NCBI GenBank assembly: GCA_015657545.1
Contig: JADHZC010000011.1
Span: 216,571 to 280,570 of the forward strand
Direction of reading: 5' to 3'
DNA from: Rickettsia sp.
GTDB lineage: Bacteria; Pseudomonadota; Alphaproteobacteria; Rickettsiales; Rickettsiaceae
DNA: 64,000 nt
The translations under genes were made by a program, and so were the position numbers. The notes under the pieces are model-generated. The model was not told the origin of the DNA. It searched no databases and saw only the letters and a program-made list of their open reading frames with translations. Each line of letters opens with the position of its first letter. Positions within the stretch are counted from its first letter, which is position 1. Positions 59,729 to 64,000 of this stretch are shown one piece after another.

Positions 59729-61123
59729 TCATACATGTATGGCTTTTTTTAGAGCACTTAGACTTGACTCATGCATCATCTCCGATAATGTTGGATGAGA
59801 AAATATTGTTTTCGCTAACTCTTCTTCAGTAAGTTCTGAAGTTTTAGCTATAGAGAAACCACTGATTAATTCTGTAACATAACTTCCTATCATATGAGCA
59901 CCTAGTAATTCACCAGTGTCTTTATCAAAAATTGTTTTTATCATACCATCAGAATCTCCTAAAATCATTGCTTTACCATTTGCATTGAAAGGAAATTTAC
60001 CTATATTAATTTTATGACCAATATCTAGTGCTTCTTTTTCTGTAAGACCTATTCTAGCAATTTCAGGAGAAGAATATATACAAAAAGGAATATTATTATA
60101 GTCCATTTTGTGAGATTTATAATTAGCAATAGTTTCAGCAGCAATAATTCCTTCATGAGATGCTTTATGAGCTAGCCAGGGTGGCTTTGTGACATCTCCT
60201 ATAGCAAATATATTACTGACATTTGTTTCCATATTATCATTGGTTTTAATAATATCTCCAGATAGTTCAAGCTTGACTTTATCTAGAGCTAATTTCTCTA
60301 CATTAGCTTTAACACCAGTAGCTAGCAATAAAATTTCTGACTTTAATTTTTTTTTTTCTCCATTGTAGCAAAAAAACTCTATTTCTATATCTTTATTAGA
60401 ATTGTAGGATGCTTCTTCTATTTTGACATTAGTGAAAAATTTTATTCCTCTTTTTTCAAAAGAATATTTAGCAATTCTAACTATTTCTGAATCTTCAGAA
60501 GATAATATTTCTTCTCTAGATTCAAGAACAGTAACATCAACTCCAATATGATTATAAAAAGAAGCAAATTCTATGCCTATAGCTCCAGATCCTATAATTA
60601 CCATTGTTTTAGGTAAAATTTTAGGAAATAATGCATCGGTATAATCCCAAATTTTATTATGGTCTGCTTGAATATTTTTGATATTTTTAGGTCTTGCTCC
60701 TGTTGCTATAATTATATTTTTCGCATAAACAAATTCTGAAGAACCATCTTCTTTTTCTACAATAAGTTTATTTTTGCTTTCAAAGCTAGATTGACCATAT
60801 AAGAGATTAATCTTATGTTTTTTTACTAGTCCCTTTATTCCTCTTACTAATTTTTCAGAAATAGATCTAGCTTTATTGACTGCCTTAGTTATATTAAATG
60901 TTATATCAGAGAATTCCACCCCATAATCTGCAAAATTTTTTGACTTATAAAAAATCTCTCCAGAATGTAAAAGTGATTTAGTAGGTATACAACCTTGATT
61001 TAAACAAACTCCTCCTACTTTATTTTTCTCTATTAAAATCACATTTTGACCTAACTGTGAAGCTCTGATAGCGGCAACATACCCCCCTGGTCCAGCTCCT
61101 ATTATTGCTATATCATATTGCAT
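59729..61123 (-). CDS. lpd: Dihydrolipoyl dehydrogenase (E3), PDH-linked copy
   Basis: IIGAGPGGY, GGVCLNQGCIPTK and C-terminal SHPTLSE. Lies immediately downstream of pdhC. Confidence 0.95.
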   Translation of the reverse strand: MQYDIAIIGAGPGGYVAAIRASQLGQNVILIEKNKVGGVCLNQGCIPTKSLLHSGEIFYKSKNFADYGVEFSDITFNITKAVNKARSISEKLVRGIKGLVKKHKINLLYGQSSFESKNKLIVEKEDGSSEFVYAKNIIIATGARPKNIKNIQADHNKIWDYTDALFPKILPKTMVIIGSGAIGIEFASFYNHIGVDVTVLESREEILSSEDSEIVRIAKYSFEKRGIKFFTNVKIEEASYNSNKDIEIEFFCYNGEKKKLKSEILLLATGVKANVEKLALDKVKLELSGDIIKTNDNMETNVSNIFAIGDVTKPPWLAHKASHEGIIAAETIANYKSHKMDYNNIPFCIYSSPEIARIGLTEKEALDIGHKINIGKFPFNANGKAMILGDSDGMIKTIFDKDTGELLGAHMIGSYVTELISGFSIAKTSELTEEELAKTIFSHPTLSEMMHESSLSALKKAIHV

Positions 61124-61139
61124 TTTTATTGATATTAAA

Positions 61140-62396
61140 TTAAGTTAATAAAAGTTCTGGAAATTCTAAATATTCTTTACAAGAAGATAAAAATTCTGCA
61201 GCTAATGATCCATCCACAATTCTATGATCACAAGATATTCCTAAATTTATAATGTTTCTTATCTGGATTTCATCTCTAACTACAATAGGCTTCTTAACTA
61301 ATTTCCCAACTGATAATATGCAAGATTGAGGAGGATTTATAATAGCATAAAAATTCTGAATTCCGTACATTCCAAGATTTGAAATACTAATATTTCCTCC
61401 TTGAAATTCTTCTAATTTTAGTTTATTTTCTCTTGCTTTTTGAGCTAATATTTTAATTTCTTTAGAGATTTCAACAATCTTTTTTTGATCAGCATTTTTA
61501 ATAATAGGCGTCATTAAGCCTCTTTCTGTAGAAACTGCAACTGAAATATCAATATTTTGGTAAAATATGATTTTATCGTTATTCCAGCTAGAATTTATTG
61601 ATGGAAACTTCTTTAACAATTTAGCAACAGCTAATATTATAAAGTCATTGATTGATATTCTAACATTTTGATCTAATAATTTCTGATTCAATCTTGATCT
61701 GAATAGTAATAAATTATCCAATTCCGCTTCTAAAGAAAGATAAAAATGTGGAATATTTTTTTTAGATTCTGATAATCTCTGAGCTGTTATTTTTTTTATA
61801 TTACTAATCTTTTCTTCTCTAAATAGAAAATCTTTATCTTGAATTACATTAGATTTTTCTTGTTTTCTAGTATTAATACCAAAATTTATAACATCTTTTT
61901 TTACTATTCTTCCCCTTGGGCCAGATCCTTGAATTAGGGAATAATCTATTTTTTCAGCTTCTGCTAATTTTTTTGCAAGAGGAGTAATAAAAATCTTTTT
62001 TTTACTTTCTATTATTTCTTGAGTGATGCTATTATGTTGTTCATTTTTAGTATTTTGTTGTTCATTTTCTTCTACAAAAGCTTTTTCAACATTAATATTA
62101 TCATTTTTTTGTTCTAGAGAATTGATGAAATTTTCTAAATCTTGATCTGAATCATCTTCTTCTTTTAGAACAGCTATAGCTCTATTGATTTTAATATTTT
62201 CTGCTCCCTCAGAAATTAGAATTTTAAATAAAATACCTTCTTCTAAAGCTTCCAACTCCATAACCGCTTTATCAGTTTCTATTTCTGCTAATAAATCACC
62301 TGCATTTATTTTGTCTCCTTCTTTTTTTAACCATTTTGAAATATTTCCTTCCTCCATGGTTGGGGATAATGCGGGCATTAAAATACTAATAGGCAT
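61140..62396 (-). CDS. pdhC: Pyruvate dehydrogenase E2 dihydrolipoamide acetyltransferase
   Basis: Lipoyl domain ([13 protein letters not shown]), E3-binding domain ([14 protein letters not shown]...GSGPRGRI) and catalytic DHRIVDG. Confidence 0.95.
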   Translation of the reverse strand: MPISILMPALSPTMEEGNISKWLKKEGDKINAGDLLAEIETDKAVMELEALEEGILFKILISEGAENIKINRAIAVLKEEDDSDQDLENFINSLEQKNDNINVEKAFVEENEQQNTKNEQHNSITQEIIESKKKIFITPLAKKLAEAEKIDYSLIQGSGPRGRIVKKDVINFGINTRKQEKSNVIQDKDFLFREEKISNIKKITAQRLSESKKNIPHFYLSLEAELDNLLLFRSRLNQKLLDQNVRISINDFIILAVAKLLKKFPSINSSWNNDKIIFYQNIDISVAVSTERGLMTPIIKNADQKKIVEISKEIKILAQKARENKLKLEEFQGGNISISNLGMYGIQNFYAIINPPQSCILSVGKLVKKPIVVRDEIQIRNIINLGISCDHRIVDGSLAAEFLSSCKEYLEFPELLLT

Positions 62397-62419
62397 AAAT
62401 CAAATCTTATTATTTTTAG

Positions 62420-63406
62420 TTAAGAATTTACATAACAAATTTTTTTTGCAGATAATATTATGTCATCTATTTTAGGTAAAGCTAAAGCTTCTAGATTTTT
62501 AGCATATGGTAATGGTACATCTTTCCCGGAGATTACTTCTATAGGAGCATCTAAAAAATCAAATATATTACTATATATGATTTGAGCAATACTAGCTCCT
62601 ATACCAGAAAAAAACCATCCCTCTTCTACAATGATAGCTCTACCCGTTTTTTTTACGGATTCTAAAATTAAATCTTTGTCTAAAGGTTTTATAGATCTTA
62701 AATCTATAACCTCAGCTTCTAAATTGAAATTTTTCTTAAGTATTTCAGAAGCGTCTAAAGCTAATTTTACCTGCAACGATGATGCTATTATTGTTAAATT
62801 TATACCAGATCTTAAAATATTTGCTTTACCTATCTCTATAGATTTTATATTTTCAGATACATCAAAGCTTTGACCATATAATATTTCGTTTTCTAGGAAT
62901 ATAACAGGATTAGGATCTTCAATTGCGCTAATTAAAAGGTCTCTACTATCCTCTGCTGTATATGGAGCTATCACCTTAAGTCCAGGAATATGAGCATAAT
63001 ACGCGGCTAAATTATTGCTATGTTGTGCTGCTACCCTTGCAGCAGCACCATTAGGACCTCTAAAAACTATAGGACAAGAAACATCACCTCCAGACATGTA
63101 ATTAGTTTTAGCTGCAGAATTCACAATTTGATCTATTGCCTGCAGAGAAAAATTAAATGTCATAAATTCCACTATGGGTTTCAAACCTTTGAATGCGGCA
63201 CCTATTGCAAGTCCAGTAAAACCATGTTCACTTATTGGAGTATCTATTATTCTATTTGCTCCGAACTGTTGCAACAAACCCTCTGTTACTTTATATGCAC
63301 CCTGATATTCTCCTACCTCTTCTCCCATTAGAAAAACATTTTCGTCTTCTAACATCTTAAATTTGATCGCATCGTTTAAAGCTTCTCTAACTGTTTTTTT
63401 TATCAT
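62420..63406 (-). CDS. pdhB: Pyruvate dehydrogenase E1 beta subunit
   Basis: [31 protein letters not shown] and [12 protein letters not shown]. 328 aa with no N-terminal lipoyl domain. Confidence 0.95.
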   Translation of the reverse strand: MIKKTVREALNDAIKFKMLEDENVFLMGEEVGEYQGAYKVTEGLLQQFGANRIIDTPISEHGFTGLAIGAAFKGLKPIVEFMTFNFSLQAIDQIVNSAAKTNYMSGGDVSCPIVFRGPNGAAARVAAQHSNNLAAYYAHIPGLKVIAPYTAEDSRDLLISAIEDPNPVIFLENEILYGQSFDVSENIKSIEIGKANILRSGINLTIIASSLQVKLALDASEILKKNFNLEAEVIDLRSIKPLDKDLILESVKKTGRAIIVEEGWFFSGIGASIAQIIYSNIFDFLDAPIEVISGKDVPLPYAKNLEALALPKIDDIILSAKKICYVNS

Positions 63407-63453
63407 ATAAGGTGAAATTATTAATATATATTCTTAATTGTTTTTTATCATAA

Positions 63454-64000
63454 TTACAGGTAAATATCTTTGTATAATTCATCTTCTTGAGGTATAGAAG
63501 CTTCATTCAACACAAAATTTTCTACTCCCTTTATCTCTTCTTTTACATTTTTCTCTAAATCTTTACATTCATCTAAGGTAATAAGCTTCTTTTCTAAAAT
63601 TGTAGTTTTAGCTTTTTCTATAGGATCTATTTCTCTATAATGATCTACTTCTTCTCTAGATCTGTATTTGGCTGGATCTGACATGGAGTGGCCTTTATAT
63701 CTATAAGTTTTAAATTCTATTAAAAACGGCCTTTTTTCTTTCAGTATCAATTGTTTCATATTGAGGACCGTTTCGTAAACTTCCTCAACATCCATTCCAT
63801 TTGCTGAAATACCATTTATACCAAAAGATTCTCCCTTTTTATGTAATTCTTTTAAAGAAGTGGATCTTGTTACTGAAGTTCCCATAGAGTACTGATTATT
63901 TTCTATTATGTATAATGCAGGTAATTTCCAAAGAGATGCTAAATTGAAAGATTCATATAATTGACCTTGATTTACAGCTCCATCTCCTAAAAATATCAGA
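63454..64000 (-). CDS. pdhA: Pyruvate dehydrogenase E1 alpha subunit (C-terminal part; gene continues beyond window)
   Basis: The frame stays open past the ORF-track Met at 63885. Upstream it reads ...IFLGDGAVNQGQLYESFNLASLWKLPALYIIENNQYSMGTSV (TPP-binding motif). Downstream is YRYKGHSMSDP. Confidence 0.95.
   Translation of the reverse strand, partial: LIFLGDGAVNQGQLYESFNLASLWKLPALYIIENNQYSMGTSVTRSTSLKELHKKGESFGINGISANGMDVEEVYETVLNMKQLILKEKRPFLIEFKTYRYKGHSMSDPAKYRSREEVDHYREIDPIEKAKTTILEKKLITLDECKDLEKNVKEEIKGVENFVLNEASIPQEDELYKDIYL

Overview
By eye the window is very AT-rich and densely packed with housekeeping genes. The gene content points to a reduced, probably obligately host-associated alphaproteobacterium (Rickettsiales/Holosporales-like). 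Supporting markers are a ChpT-type phosphotransferase, MotE, CcmE, a heterodimeric PDH E1, a membrane-anchored mitochondrial-type cytochrome c and SucCD.

Recognisable genes:
- Replication, repair and recombination: mutS (3' end), holA-like, dnaG, recO, an addA-like helicase.
- Transcription, translation and RNA processing: rpoD, rne/rng, ybeY, rplI, tadA, tsaD, serS, trmB, obg.
- Division and envelope: ftsZ, zapA, mltG, bamD, cvpA, ppiD-like.
- Secretion: tatA, tatC, secA.
- Respiration and central metabolism: cycM-like, ccmE, coxB, ubiX, iscU, sucCD, fumC, two lpd paralogs, pdhABC, a 5-formyl-THF cyclo-ligase, a type II glutamine synthetase.
- Others: an RMD1/DUF155 protein, a GNAT, HU, chpT-like.
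- Flagellar genes sit in three separate places: motAB, fliR, and fliL-fliM-motE.
- Seven tRNAs: Glu, Arg, Tyr, Gly, Ala, Thr-UGU, Thr-CGU.

Non-core content is limited:
- An IS200/IS605-family element with an intact tnpA and a decayed, truncated tnpB, plus a second solo copy of the same truncated tnpB about 10 kb away.
- A signal-peptide-bearing, autotransporter-like 830-aa protein carrying near-perfect 15-bp x14 and 45-bp tandem repeats.
- A block at about 39.95-40.95 kb that looks more GC-rich than its surroundings, with gene debris and a 96-bp tandem duplication upstream of fliL.
- A few orphan or fragmentary ORFs next to tRNAs.

I see no CRISPR array, no defence-type operon, no prophage and no convincing novel multi-gene system. 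The findings below are individual oddities with modest interest scores. Many ORF-track entries are antisense shadow ORFs and are not reported.
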